A stretch of 64,000 nt of DNA from Lingula anatina (lineage: Eukaryota; Animalia; Brachiopoda). The stretch lies in contig CM120648.1 of assembly GCA_051362555.1 (NCBI GenBank), forward strand, positions 7,808,587 to 7,872,586. Reading direction: 5' to 3'. Positions 37,366 through 51,700 of this stretch are shown piece by piece; the first letter of the stretch is position 1, and each line of letters opens with the position of its first letter. The notes beneath the pieces are model-generated. The model worked only from the letters and a program-made list of their open reading frames with translations. It ran no database searches and was not told where the DNA came from. Both the position numbers and the translations under genes were made by a program.

Positions 37366-40183
37366 CTGGGGATGGGAATTAATGTCCTGCAGACACTAAG
37401 TCCTGGGAATGCATGTCCTGGCTCTTCCATTCCTAGGAACGCATGTCCTAGGGCACAATATCCTGGGATTTAACGTCCAGTGGACACCCATTACTTAGTA
37501 TTATAAGTCCTGCAGACAGGTATCGATGTCCTAGTATGACTATTTTCCCAGCTAGACTAGTAATATATGTCTTCAGACATTTTCATATGAATAATGTGTT
37601 AATTTTAGAAGTTTTAAACGCGATGTTTAGGAATGTTGTTACGCTAATTAGAATTATTTGTATACATGTAACTCTATACACACTTTATTCGGCTAACTTA
37701 ACCCTCATCCACAAGGAAATGGAACCCTACGTAAACCCTGAAACCGGTGTAACAGTAATCCAAGTCCCCCCGGAAACGAGGTCCTTCGGACCTCGGTTCC
37801 TGGTAATGGTTGTCTGTAGGACTAACATTACTTGGGAATAGTAGTCCTACAGGGACTTAGGTTCCTGGCTCATAATTAGAGTAGGTAGGACTTGTATTAC
37901 TGTCGGAGTTTTATTCCTGTTACACCTAAGACAGTAATAAAAGTCCGGCCATTTGAAAGTCCTATCCTTAGCCAATAATACTGTCAAATGATAAAACTAT
38001 AAATGTATGTGAAATCCTTCTGGTGAGCCATATATGAGACAAAAAATGAGAGGTTTGCAACTTCAGCTCGTCTGTGTAGTGGTTAACGTGCAAGACTACA
38101 AGGCAAGAATTCATGAATCCTTCTGTTGCGTCTAAGGGTTCGGGGCCTACCTTTGACATGACCTTACTCCCCCCTTACCCCTATTTATTACTTGTAGCAA
38201 ATTGTTTAATGGTGTTTTTAATGTCTAATATGTGTTCGAAATTCCGTGCTAATTACATTTACAACTTTTTTTGTTTTGTCTTTTAAGTGTCAAAGCACCA
38301 AAATAGCAACGGGTTATTACATAATATTATATACATATATTGAAATTTTCAATTTCTAAACAGTCTTGATTTGTCTTAAATCTCAGCCCATACTTTCCAA
38401 GAGCAAATTTCCATCGAGTTTGAGTTTTTTTAACTTCAGCGAGTGTAAACCGAAAAATAAATCTAAGAACGGAGATCCCGCGTTTTGTGTAAAGTGATTT
38501 TTCTCTTAGGAATAAGGTTTTGAAAAAGAGAGAGAGGGAGAGAAAATAAGAATTTCGACGCAAAACACAAAAGGTACACCCCAGTAGAAAAGGACATGAA
38601 ATAATATACACTTTACACATACCTCAAAGGATGAAAATAAGACATGCCTTTGGATGGTGCCTTATTTTGTTAAAAAAATATCGGGCAAACCAGGCTCATA
38701 CATATTGTGCAATGAGGGAGGCGTACGCCAAAAATATGCGTTAACACGTCAAAATTTGCGTTTACTAGATGAAAAATGCACATAAAATAAATAAATTGTT
38801 TTTGTTTCTTTATTAATATGCATAAAAACTGCCTATCGGAAAACACTGTAAAATATAAAGATAAAATGTCATATAAATATAATTAAGCAAAAGTTTATTA
38901 TATCTTTAAAACTAGTATGTCTCTATTTCTATTTATTTATGTAATTTCTTGGTGTAAACTATATAGGACAAGCGTTACTAAAATGTTAGGAACGCACGTC
39001 CCATTAGGACATGTATTACTACACGTAGGACTTGCAATACTTGGGAGCCTTCGTCCTACGGACATTGAATCCTGGTAAAGTATGTCCTAGGACTTCCATT
39101 CCTAACAATGCATGCCCTAGGACTTGCATTCCCAGGACTTAGTGTTCGGGCGGACTTGCGATACGAGGACGTGCACTCCTGCCATATGTACCATGAAAAT
39201 CTGACTCCCCCCAAAACATTCAAAAATTTAATCTATTTTGAGTAAATGACTATGATCTTGTAGTATGCATAATGAAGGACACATTGGCACTTTTTGTTAG
39301 TTTGCAGGTGAAAATTTTCATGAAAAAATAAAAAAAATCAAAGATTTGTATTTTACCACCCAAGGACTCCCCTATGAAAAAGCTATTTATTTGACATTTG
39401 ATGACCATTTCAACATCTTTTCTTTGACGATACTTTATGAGGAATATATTGAAAGTACTTGAAAGTTTAATGGTTAAAAAATTGGGTGAAAAAAACAATA
39501 ATAATAAAAAAAAATTTAAAAATAAGAAAAATTAAAGATTTATATTCTAACACCCAATGACCCCCCTATGAAAAAGCTATTTATTTGATATTTGATGATC
39601 ATTCTGACATCTTTTCTTTGAGGATACTATATGAGGAATATATTGAAAGTACTTGAAAGTTTGATGGTTAAAAAAATGGGTGAAAAAAAATAATAAAAAA
39701 ACTTGTAGGTTTTCCTAATAGAAAAGATGTCAGAATGATCATCAAATATCAAATAAATAGCTTTTTCATAGGGGAGTTATTGGGTGATAAAATGCACATT
39801 TTTAATTTTCAATTTTTCATGTTTTTTTTAGTTTTTTCACCCAATAGTTTACCATCAAACTTTCAAATATTTCCAATATAATCTTCATAAAGTAAATTTA
39901 AAGGAAAGATGTAGAAATGATCATCCAATATCAAATAAATAGCTTTTTCAAAGTGCAGACAATGGGCGGTTAAGTGCACATTTTTAATTTTCTTTTTTTT
40001 AATGAAAATATTCATAAAAAAAGTGCCAAAGTATCCTCCATTTTACATACTACAAGATCACAGTCATATACTCAAATAAAATAAGATTTATGAACATTTG
40101 TGGAGGGGGAGTCAAATTTTCATGGGGAGTCAGATTTTCAACATGAAAACCTGACTGGGGAGTCAGATTTTCATGTTACACCA
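37366..40183. mobile_element. Composite inverted-repeat (foldback/MULE-like) non-autonomous DNA
   Basis: acactaagtcctgggaatgc (about 37394) is inverted at about 39126. A near-palindrome of about 950 bp lies at 39192-40143. Small CCGGTGTAAC...GTTACACC unit at 37744-37928. Boundaries approximate. Confidence 0.55.
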
Positions 40184-42217
40184 GTCCCTTGCTCGCTTAA
40201 CCTCCACATGGGTGCATGAGTATACACTGTGTATGGAATATGCGGAAAAACGTTTTTTTTTCTCAAAATGGAAAGTTTCGCAAAGGTAGCGCAGTCTATC
40301 AGGTATGTTATAATGATAGATTTAAACTGATATCTGCATATCAGGTGACCAAGGTGACCGATTACTCATAAATAATAATTTCTCCAGGTCTTGAATCTTT
40401 CACAGGCAGATTTCATTGACCATACTGATAGTCATAGCACACATGATATTGCTTGTGTAAAACATCATATAGCAAAGATATTTGAGGTAACATGGACTTA
40501 TTTATCCCATGTGGAAGTAAAATTATTAAGCGACCGGGCCTCAGAGGCCCGGTTTCCAGGAAATGGGACTAACTTTTGGAAAAGTTAATTTCTACATATG
40601 TTGTAAATTATTTCAAAACTAATTATTTATCCATTGATGGGGTATAAGTTGCTTGAGGATTACATGAAAGGAACAGGCTCAAAACCTCATGCGAACGAAG
40701 AGAGAGCAAGAGATACATGGGTCCGGGCCTGCGAGGCCCCTGAAAGGTGATTGAGGGTTAAGATATTTTACGTAAACGGAAAAATCACTACAAATTGATA
40801 TACATATATATTTTTTATTTCCGATTAATATGATATAACACAACTGTATGTCTGGAGTACACAGCTTTGGATTTTGGCTCGTGCCCATTTCTATTAAATA
40901 TGTGTTTGTCCTTAGACGCATCCCATTACATTTTACGTTTTACTGGGTGTTTTTCGGTAAAATACGAGTGTGTGAAATAATACACAGCCACCCTCTCGCG
41001 ATATACTCACAAGTGCGTGTTGAACACTTTTCGATGACGTTCGAGCTGTTCAGGTACTGGTATACATATCGTTCGGGTGACAGTTAATTATTTTATACTT
41101 GGTGCCTTGATGATCATTGGGAATATTTATAGTTAGAGAGACATGATATGCAGTTTGGAGGACCTCCGTTCCTGGGGGACATACATTCCTTTCATACCGG
41201 CTAAGCTGACAGTAATCTAGTGAGACTCCCCACAGGGATAGATCGATCTAAAATCTATGGGAATGGGGTCTAATTTAGGGGGTGACATTTCTATTGTTCA
41301 GTGTGTGTGTACATACACATCATGAGTTTCAATGAAGTGCTACTCAATTTACATCATAGACTATCAGGCATCAGAGGGTCGCTGAGGATTTAAATTATAA
41401 CAAAGGTGAGCATGCGTATTAACAGTAAACTGTAGTATTAATTAATATTTCAGTTTAGAATGGAGAAAAGTAAAAAAATAAGATCGAACTGCTACACATT
41501 GACTTTTAATAAATTTTTGAGAAACAAAGAAGCAGTAAATAACATGCAAAAAAACTCACACAAAGGCCGCATCCACAACATAAGTTGATCCGCAGACTAA
41601 CAGATCCGCGGATCAAATGCACCGACCCACTTTTAAAAGCTTACCGCGTAATCCCCGCAGAAAATCTACCCAGTGTCTTTTGAGGGAATCAGACGACAAG
41701 CTCTCAAGTATTCCGGCAATATCTGATCTAAAGATCTGTTTGTCTGCAGATCAACATGTGGCCATATACACACTTACCGATAAGAGGACAGTCCAATAAG
41801 CGGCCATCTTTGAGAAAAAGGATTTAGAAGCCGGAAGAAGTCCACTCTAGTACTTTAATGTCTCAAAACAAATCTGAAAAAGACGCGCGAGACCTCAGTC
41901 TTAGCTGTTTTCAGTCAAAGCAAGCTGTCGATAATGCTTGAGGATAAGTATTCTTTTACGTTCACTTTGTAAGCTGACAATATAGTTCAATTATTATTGA
42001 AATATTCAAAGTGTGCACATGTACCAAGAGGAACAAAACCCCAGCTGCACCAAGAATTAACCCTACTTATGCACCAAGAATTAACCCTACGACAGCATCA
42101 GAAAGTTTATCTCTCTATAAATTCCATGCTATAACCTACAGGTAAGTGAGTTTAACAAAACCCCGTTCATTTTAAGATGCCCCGAGAAACGTTCATCTTA
42201 GTACCTGTGAGCATATT

Positions 42218-42441
42218 CAGATCAATGGATCAAATATGGCGGACCCTACATGAAAGAAGAGTCGACTTATCCGCTGACGGTCTTCCTGCCTCCACAGGCG
42301 CCATTAAACTGATTAAATCACGGTTCCGAGGTTAAATTGCTAGCCCCCTGCAAGGACGGCGCGTGTGAATGTGGGTAGACCATCAGCAGATTAGTCGGCT
42401 CTTCTTCATGTAGGGTCCGCCATATTTGATCTGTGGATCAG
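42218..42441. mobile_element. Hairpin MITE with TIRs of about 60 bp
   Basis: gatcaaatatggcggaccctacatgaa...ttcatgtagggtccgccatatttgatc. Confidence 0.75.
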
Positions 42442-42773
42442 AAGATCTCTTTGACCTGTTTGACCTTGAAATGTGGAATTGAGAAACCTAGCTGCATTCA
42501 ACATAAAATCCGTAATCGGTCAATTGTACTATCAAAGGTTTTTAGTTTTATTTTCATTCACCTTAATGTTGTCTGCATGGAGACTCTTTTATGTATGGAT
42601 CAATACACTGTATAATTTTTTACCCGAGGTCTCTCGTGCATAAGCTGCAGTTAGTTTATATCTAATCTACAAGAGTTGGTGTAAACCCTGTTTGTTTTGT
42701 AATGAGAAGTACATGGCCGACACATTTGTGAGGACACTGCAAACACGCTGTTGGAATTTGTGTCACAACGTTA

Positions 42774-43748
42774 GGCCACACTTTTTTATTTTTATGGATG
42801 ACATCCTCTGAGTACCCCAAAATCGGTGCGAGAGGGCGAAAAAAAAAAAAAACAGTCCAAAAAAAAAAAAAAACTGCTTAAGTAAAGGAATGCTGTCAGT
42901 ACACAGCTGGAAACACAAATTTAACCACAGAAACACGTATCAAACTAACAATATGTCTTTATCCATGCTCTCAAAATATTAAAGCAATGTGAATACGTCG
43001 TAGAAATGTAAAAAAAGTCATGAATTGATATACTTCATATTACCAAATCTATTTCAGGTTATTTCATGCATTCATTTGGTATAGCAATCAATAAAACAAA
43101 TATCAATCAAACAGTGTGTCTTTATTTGTATTCTCAGAATATTAAAACATTTTGAACACTTCACAGAAATGTTTAAAAAATGATGCAAAGATATGCTTAA
43201 TACTACCAAATCTATTAAAGGTCATTTCAGACGATGCCATTTTGTCAACTTCAACTCACACGAAGCAGCTAAACTGTCAGGTGGCCTGTCCGACCTTCAG
43301 CCCACCAAATACCTCGACGCCCTTGTTGACCCTTTTTTCGCTACAGAAAACCTGGTATTAATGTGCTGCTTTATACAGAATGTCACAGAAATGTTTCGGC
43401 CGCCGCCAGCCTTTCGCACAATTGTAAAAAGGTGATATCTCCATGCCCAATATCAATGGCATACCAATCCAAAACGATGGCGCCCGTTCTCTTTATGACT
43501 TTTATTGTTGTGTAATTTGAAAGTAATCCTAGAGATGAATTTGACGGCAAAGAGGACGCATTTCCACGTGGCGATAATACGCACGCGCAGAAATCTCATT
43601 TCCTGACATTCAATAACGACGTTTGAGACAACCGACTTCGTTGGGGGCTGGGGGGGGGGGGCTTTTTTTTTTTTTTTTTTTTTTTGGAGAACGGGCGAAA
43701 ATCCGTGCGCGCGCAGGATGTCATCCATAAAATTAAAAAAGTGTGGCC
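42774..43748. mobile_element. Zator/Harbinger-type non-autonomous element, copy 2
   Basis: TTA|GGCCACAC...GTGTGGCC|TTA; inverted relative to 12299-13276. Confidence 0.88.
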
Positions 43749-43813
43749 TTATATGATATATAATTTCGGGGACATGCATTGAGTCACACCCCATTAACGC
43801 ATGGGAGAATTAT

Positions 43814-44545
43814 CCCAGCGGGCAAAATATGTTGTTTTTACATTGAAACAACGTTGAACCATAACGTTGATAAGACGTTGGATAAACATTGAATTTGAAA
43901 GTTGACTCAACCTCAGATAACAACTTTGTATCAACGTCAGATAACAACATTGTATCAACCCCAGTTGTTAGCTAGACAACATTCTTGCATGAAAAGACAT
44001 TGAAATGACCTTAGGGTAGGGTATAAAAGTATGGCCTTAAAGTTAAAATTTCCAAGGTTTAGATTAATATATACCTCAACCTGTCTATGTATAACAGGTT
44101 ACCAAGAACTGTTACCTTTATTAATTCACTCCATCACATTTACAGCAACTAATTCATCCTAGTGTTAGCTGACCTTGTAAGGAATTCGGTTTATTGAAAT
44201 GTATTTCTGAATAATAAGTTAAGAAAATTCATAAGTTCACTAAAGACACAAAACAACTGTCACTTTTACTTTTAACACTTTTTTGATTATTTTGATAAAG
44301 TTAGTTACAGTATTGATAAACAAAGTATCACGTTTTCAACAATTAATATTTTAAAATATAATCCATGTCTGCAAGGTTGTGTCAATGACCAAAATACAAC
44401 GTTGAGTCAACGTCACATTATGACGATGTTTCGACGTGGCTGGATCAACGTTGATTTTATGTTGAATTTACAGTAGGTAGATCAACGGCAATTCAATGTA
44501 TCAACCTGTTTTCAACGTTGATCCAACGCAACTATGCCTGCTGGG
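43814..44545. mobile_element. CCCAG-terminus EnSpm-like non-autonomous element
   Basis: TIR CCCAGCGGGCA / TGCCTGCTGGG with repeated caacgttg subterminal motifs. Confidence 0.7.
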
Positions 44546-44636
44546 AACTTAGGACTTTCTAACTACCCCGATCGTTTCCTATGTTAGAATTGCACACCCA
44601 GTGCTTTTCACACCACGTACATGTACATGTACTTAC

Positions 44637-44990
44637 AGTCTGTAGGGCGACTTTTCAAATGTATGATGGAAATGTCGAGACGCTTCCCAATTCATGTAGA
44701 CCCCTAGACTTGTCCGTCACTTCCTCTTAATATCGCTTAGTTACCTAAGGTGAATCAATAACCCAACCTGAGCTTCAGAGATAACTTGACACTAACCTCT
44801 TCACAATAGCCTATCTTCATCGTGTCAAGTTATCTCTGACGAAAATAGTTTGACCTAGTTTATATAAGCCAATCGAATCCATGTTTCAAAATTTTCACCA
44901 AAGTTTGGTCATTTTGAGTCACTGAGGGCGGGCTTTAAATTTGATTGGCGGGCGGTGCGGGCAATCGAATGTATAAGTTTTCATTGAACA
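44637..44990. promoter_or_regulatory. Candidate promoter / first exon of the receptor (possibly bidirectional)
   Basis: Minus-strand gtaagt donor at 44636-44631, ETS-like GAGGAAGTG (minus, about 44717-44726), CCAAT (about 44869) and ATTGG (44944), GC boxes at 44925-44960. Confidence 0.35.
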
Positions 44991-44995
44991 GGTGA

Positions 44996-47900
44996 CAGCC
45001 CGGGAGCCACCGGCTCATATGACGGTTATTTTGGAGAATATTAGATTGGGCCTCGTTTTCAAAACTTGAAGCGGCGGCCATATCCAATTTGGCGGGAGGA
45101 GCAGGCATAAGAGACAGGTAAGATGAACAGACGTTTACACGCTGATATGTTGATAATTTTACTAATGCACTTGACAGAACGATAAAGTATGTTCTCAAGC
45201 TATATTTTTTATACCAAAGTAGTGTTCAAGTATCGGTTTCACTGAATCTTTTATCAAGTTACGTCGTGTTCCAAAATGGCGGCACACAGAACCGAAATGT
45301 AAACACGTTCTTTTGAATTGTGCCAAATGCAGATGAAGGTGATTTTTCTTTGTCTGTTCGGTTTTTTTTATAGTGTGACATTTGTTTTTGAATATGTTAA
45401 AATTTTAGGAAGGAACCTAACCTGCAACTTATCGATTTTCTACATGTACGACAGGCAGTATATTTTGCAATGTTCCAAGTAACTACAGCAGCAGTCTCGT
45501 GTTACATCTTGAATGAATGTCGAAGTTTAATAATGAATTCTTTTCTTTTTATGCATTTCTTGTTGTTTTGAAGTTAACTAGATTAAATTTACTTCATGAA
45601 ATGACAGTGTGTGTGGTTATGGTGCTCACAGTAAAGTGACTATGGGGAATGTATTGCCTCGTGTCTTGTATGAATGTCACAGTAAGATATTGAGAATTTG
45701 CCTTCTTCTGATATTTTTTTGTGTTTTGGTGTTTATTAGATGAAATGGCTTGTGAAATGACATGCATTATACTTGATTCTGCATAGATAGATATATAATG
45801 AGAGGGAGATAGATCACTTTTGAGGATATGAAAGTCATTGTTTAGATATTCTGCAAATCCCTTTTCATGCTATTTCTTTGCATTTTGATTTAAGTAAGAT
45901 GAAAAAAATACAGAAAATGTAATATTATCCATGAAAAGGAGTTAAACTTATACAGGAATGTCCAATAAATAATAGGTTTATCTACCTTTTTTTACTTTCC
46001 ATGACCTTGATCATTGACAGTACAAAGGCTTATATTAAGCTATCATAATAAGGTATCAGTATTACACAGCTGAAGATATATATATATATATATACTGCCA
46101 AATATAGTGAAGCTTTTCATAAGTCTGTTGGAATATATCTTGAACATATTTTTTATTTTATCATAAATTGAATAATATATCATGCCCAACAAAAAGCTTA
46201 GAGAGGATATTCACTATGGGAAAGTCAATTTAAGGTACTGGCATGTCAGTGAAGAGCATTGTTATCAGCCCCGCATGTGTGTGCATGGGGTGAGTGTAGG
46301 GGTACACATGCTTGTAAATTACCCAATGAAACTATTTTCACACTTGTAACTTTTATATTTGTGAAAGATACAAAACTGAAAAACAATCACAAGCATCTTT
46401 TCAAATCTATGAATAACAAATTTTAACTTTTCACATGTTTACTTCTTTGTCAGGAGACAAATGTATGATATCAACATGAGTGAAATTTTTTTTCTCTAAA
46501 ATGAGTTTTATTTCTTACATATTGCAACCTTCATTGGTTGACCATTTTCAATAGATAAGCACTTTGCATAATAAAATGCCAGTATTACATTGTGTGTTTT
46601 CAAAATGCAAATTTTTGTTATAAGGAAAAGTTTATTTTTGTTAAAAATCTCCCCTGCACAAACCTGCAAAAACATGGGTTATAAGTTTGTGAAGGAAAAT
46701 TGTTTCATGAAAAAAGAACATTATATTTGCAAAATTCCCCCTTTGTTTTAATTTATAAATTTGTGTATTTTATGAAACAAAATGTACCAGTACAATAATT
46801 AGTGTATGGTAGTTGTGAACACTCTAGTTTGTATTTCCTAAACTCTTCAAGGCTTCATCTAAATGGGATCTTAATTGATTTAAAGATACGCATGTTTGCC
46901 ACAGTTCAGCTCCTGATGATGAGCTTTGTTTATCTATACTGATACACTTTAAGAGTAAAAAGTGCTATTTAAGATAATTCAATTGTTACCAGCTTCCCTA
47001 ATAAATTACCAAAATTGTGATTTATTACTTATATTGATTTTAGTGTGTATTGTTGTTGTTGTTTTGTGTGTGTGTAAAAAGATATATGCAATTACAAAAG
47101 TTTTCCTGTAAAACTTTTTAATATTTAATCATATATTTTTCTAGGCTTGAAGAACATGAATGGGACCAGGACAAATTCTTTTTCCAATTCCTTGGCCTGC
47201 AGTTTTTATGACAGAATCACCTATCATTTCCAAGTACTGTGTGGCAGTGAGCACCATCACAACCTCTGACATTCTTTTAAAGACTGAAAAATATATTTTT
47301 GTGCTGTGGTAGCTGTTGCTAATAATAATATTTATTGATCATCAGTATTACTACATTTGTCATATATTTTACCAGTATATGTGAACCATGCACCATAGGT
47401 AAGGTATGCTAAGTTTAGCTTTTGCATACATGACATGCCTTGTAGACAGAAATTTACACTTATAAAAATAAATTCAAATGCAAGTATGGATTGGTACAGG
47501 ACTTACTGGGTATCGGTGAAAAAAACTGCTGACCCAAGGTAAATTTATAAAATAATATTATTATTAATATTGATCCTGTTTTTAAAAGGAGTGGTGTGTT
47601 TGTTGGTTAACTGTATGTACTGATTAATAAGTGTAAAATAATCGCCATATTGATGTGTTGCTAAAATAAAAAAAAAATTTTGCCACAAATAAACGTGTAT
47701 TACATGTATGAAAATAAAATATAGCAAATTGAATTGATGTATCTTTTGTTTTGTTTTTTCGTTTTTTCATAAAAAAAGAACTCTTATTGGTTGGCCTCAT
47801 ATAATAAATAAATGCTTATTTATAAAGAAAAAATATGAAATGTTTATTTTCCTCCATTCTTCCTGTGCCAGCTTCATTAGACTACATAGACAATTATGAG

Positions 47901-48424
47901 CGGCAGAAAAACCAAAACGAGGTCAGAATGCCAACAGAATGTACTGAGTCAAAACGAGGCTGGTACACGGTTGTTGCAAGGAAGACATTTTTTGCATACA
48001 CGGGTGTGAATTGATTTGTGCCATTCCTGGATGAAGGTAAAGTTCCTTACATGCTTACATTTACAGAAAGCTGAATAAATTTGTCACAGCTTACTGGTAA
48101 TTTGAAATTGGAACCTGTTCTCTAAGAATGCAAGCATTAGAGTCAAAGTTGAACTTCCGCTGTAGCTTAAGTAAAATATTTGGTTTCAAACTCGTTTTTC
48201 TCCACAAAATAGGGTTTAAATCAACTCGAGGAGCATCTGACATGATTTGCAATTTACTTTTAAAAATGATAATATACATAACAAAACTTTTATATCCTTA
48301 AAGGCCGAGATATTCCACCGTTTCTGACACCCTACATATCTCAAAAAATTTCACCCAATTCAAATTTTTGAACTTCCGGTTTGGTTAAAAGCCACCTAGC
48401 GGCAGACCGGTGGCTCCCAGGCTG
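44996..48424. mobile_element. 3.4-kb non-autonomous DNA transposon, 18-bp TIR, 3-bp TSD (superfamily uncertain)
   Basis: TGA|CAGCCCGGGAGCCACCGG...CCGGTGGCTCCCAGGCTG|TGA (17/18 match). No recognisable ORF inside. Confidence 0.8.
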
Positions 48425-48709
48425 TGACTGCATGGGGTCAATCTTTAGACTCTGATAAACTGCGCTGCTTACATTTGCACTGCTGATGACCTAGTTTGAA
48501 TACTCAAAAGAAAGTGACCTGGTAAAACCCAAGCGTATCGCATCGAAGAGAAATAAAAAAACAGGTGCATTTAAAAGATGAAGACACGGCGCGGCTTATG
48601 CTCGCTAACAAAAAGAGCTCTTCTCACAAAATTCTAAATGCGTATATCTGCAAAAGGACTGTGACTAGAAAGCAGCATTTGACGATAACGAAGCCCTTAA
48701 ACATTCCCG

Positions 48710-51700
48710 ATGATGAATGTTCGTGGTTATGATCACCGACTTCGACCTCAGCACCTGCGTGTGTACGATGAGCCACCGCTGTTACCTTCTTCGCAATCCT
48801 CGGACCAGTCGAGTACGACTGACGGCTTGTACGCGTCCATCCGACCATCCAACATCACAACTGTAGACCTTGAGTCATTTTCCGATCCCAGTGAAAATGG
48901 CAGTGGTCACGACGACAAAATGAAGCTTGGACGACGATGGCGTTGTTACCTCATGGTGATCTTCGCCATGTGTTGTTTACAGATGATAGCCATAGTGGTT
49001 CTGGGTGCTGCTATTCATTTTCATCAACATGATGACGGCAAACCATCCAGGGACACGGCGGCTCTTTTGAGCCAACCAATAGCTATGTCCCAAAGCGATG
49101 TTTTAGAGGATGGGCATGTTGGACCAGCTTCCTTGTGTGTTCCAGGCCTGGATATCAAATACCACAGTGAAAACTGCACCGTACTTAAAATATTGCATCG
49201 GGTAATTGCGACAGTTTATATTTCTTCGGTAGACTCTAGTGTGTTTAACTGGTAAATAATCAATTAAAATCACATTTTAGATGCATGGAACATTAAGAGC
49301 TTGAAAACTACCGGTACATGCTGCAATTATAAGACGTATACATTTATTTAGCGACTCAGTTGCACTTGCAGTTTCCCTGTTATACTGTGTCAAAAACGTT
49401 TTAATTTCATTTTGGGAGTTAATTTAAATTACATTGCCTATAGTTACGTTAGTCTCAATAAAGTCTACCACTACCCAGGAGACCGTTGAGCCTTTACAGT
49501 ATGTATTAACTTACTGCTGTTTATAATTCCAAAGATACCAGTATACAGCTGCTCTAATAATGCCAGAAGCATTCCTTGTTGATAATGTTGATAATATTAC
49601 GCTAACTGATTTTTACGCAGCATTTTTGTTATTATCATTACAATTAAATGGTGATAAACCTGAATTATGCCATCTTTGGTTAAAAAGAAAGAGGAAGTAG
49701 AGTAACACATATCGGTGCGATGGTGACGCATTGCTTTTATATGGTAAATATGGTGGGGTATAGTTTGGTGAAACAGCACGGCGATGACTTTTTATCTATT
49801 TATTTGCAGCTCCTGGAAAAAGTTGACAAAAATCTTCATGCAGCTATGAACGACATGAATAAAACCGCCAATAATGTGATGAATGGTGCGTGCAATGCTT
49901 CCTCTACCATAGAGGGCTTACAGTGTTGGGAAAATAACCTAAACCATGGTCTTAGAATTTGACACCTGAACCACTCTTCTATTCATATTATCACATCGGA
50001 TTCGTTACTTTTTCAACACTTAAAGGTCATTTTTATAAGTTACTTATCTAAAACCATGCTCAGGGGACCCATGACGTATGGATTGTCAAACACAGATGAA
50101 ATGCCAGAATACTCCTCCCCTCCTCCAAAAAAAAAAAAAAAAAAAAGGAAGACAGAAAGAGATAAACGCCCAGCAGAAGAAGAAGAATGCTTCTTTGGTG
50201 TTATAGTCCCTTTAATCTTTGTCCATAGGAAAATAAGTTTACTTTCGTCCAGAAATATGTCCGCGTGAAATATACATGTATATTCAATTGTTTACGCATG
50301 GCATCTTGTCTACTCTTTAACGCGTTTTTCCGTTTTTCTTTATATATTTTTCCTTTATATATATATATATATAAAGCCGTTTAGTAAATAACAACCTTTG
50401 CATATATACTTGTGTACGATAAGTTATTTTAATCGTTGTCAATATCCCTCCTTACAGGTGTCAATAGAAATATGTCGAAGCTGGCTATAAACAGTCGTCT
50501 GCAGGACAGCGCTCTGTACAATATCACGGAGACAGTTGCTACTTTGAATCAGATAATGAATGGTAAATATGTTTGAACGTCTAAACAGGCAATCTAGTTT
50601 TTTCATATTCCCCTAAACCTTTTTCCTTCTTATTTCTATTTCTCTGTAGGTATGATGTCCCTGGACACAATTGATGCCAGTTTTGGCCCTTGGTTTCATA
50701 GACAGAACGAAAATGGTGCTTTGTCTTTATACTATAACTTTTGCTTTCTGTAGAAAATGTCAATATTGAGATAAGTTCCCTTTTTAACTTTCACAACAGA
50801 TTATATTAAATCGGTCCTGAGTGATAACTGTTAAGGTCAACCCCGTGGTTATCTTAAAATGATACCTATATGCTTGTGGAGGTACTGCAAACACTTTCTT
50901 CAAATATGAGTCACCATGATGGAATATATAATCTTAAACGATATTATGCCTGAAAATAATTTATGTAAATATCTGTTTGTAAGTTGTTTAAACAGTTTGC
51001 GGTACATTATTTTTAATACAAATAGAAAGATTAAAGGCAATGTGAAAAATGTACCCGTACGGTACCAGAATAAATCATAAATATGATAATCTGTCATATT
51101 TACGGAGCAGAACTAAAACCTTTATTTTTATAGTATTAATAAAAACCCTTTTCTGATTTGGGGCAATTAAGGGCTTTTTTCCACTCGTTTTGCTTCTTTT
51201 GGGTGAAAAAAATTACAATACAAGCCGATACAACCACATACAACTGGCCCTGTTACATGTATATATATTCCGTTATTCCAGGTCTCCAAGCTAATGTCAT
51301 TGATTTAACGTATCTGTCAAGAAAGGCTGACAACCCTTTAACATTGGCACGCTTGAGAGGCAGGAAAGACAATAACGGTAAGTGTTGTTTTAAATAAGTT
51401 TGACGATAAAGGGTGTAATGTTATACTAAAGGGTTCGTAAGATGTAACATTATTCTCTTCTTTAATTCTGTACATTTGCTTCTCCTTTTAAAATGCCAAC
51501 ATGTACATAGGGTTGTCATTTTAACAAATTCTAAAGGAGACGCTAAATATTTGATTTATTTCAAAGAATCAAAAGCGTGAGAAGTGTTAATGAACAGAAA
51601 ATGGGAGGAGGGCTTTGCCAGAAAAGACAAAAATATGTGAAAGGTGGTTAGCTTTAAAGACAAGCGCGTTGACCCGTTTTTTATAAGGAAGCAGTACATC

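Noticed and set aside
37380-37540. Short recurring gtcct/ccagga motifs resembling an array
   Set aside because: Irregular and degenerate, mirrored at about 39 kb. These are transposon subterminal repeats, not CRISPR; the context is eukaryotic with no cas genes.
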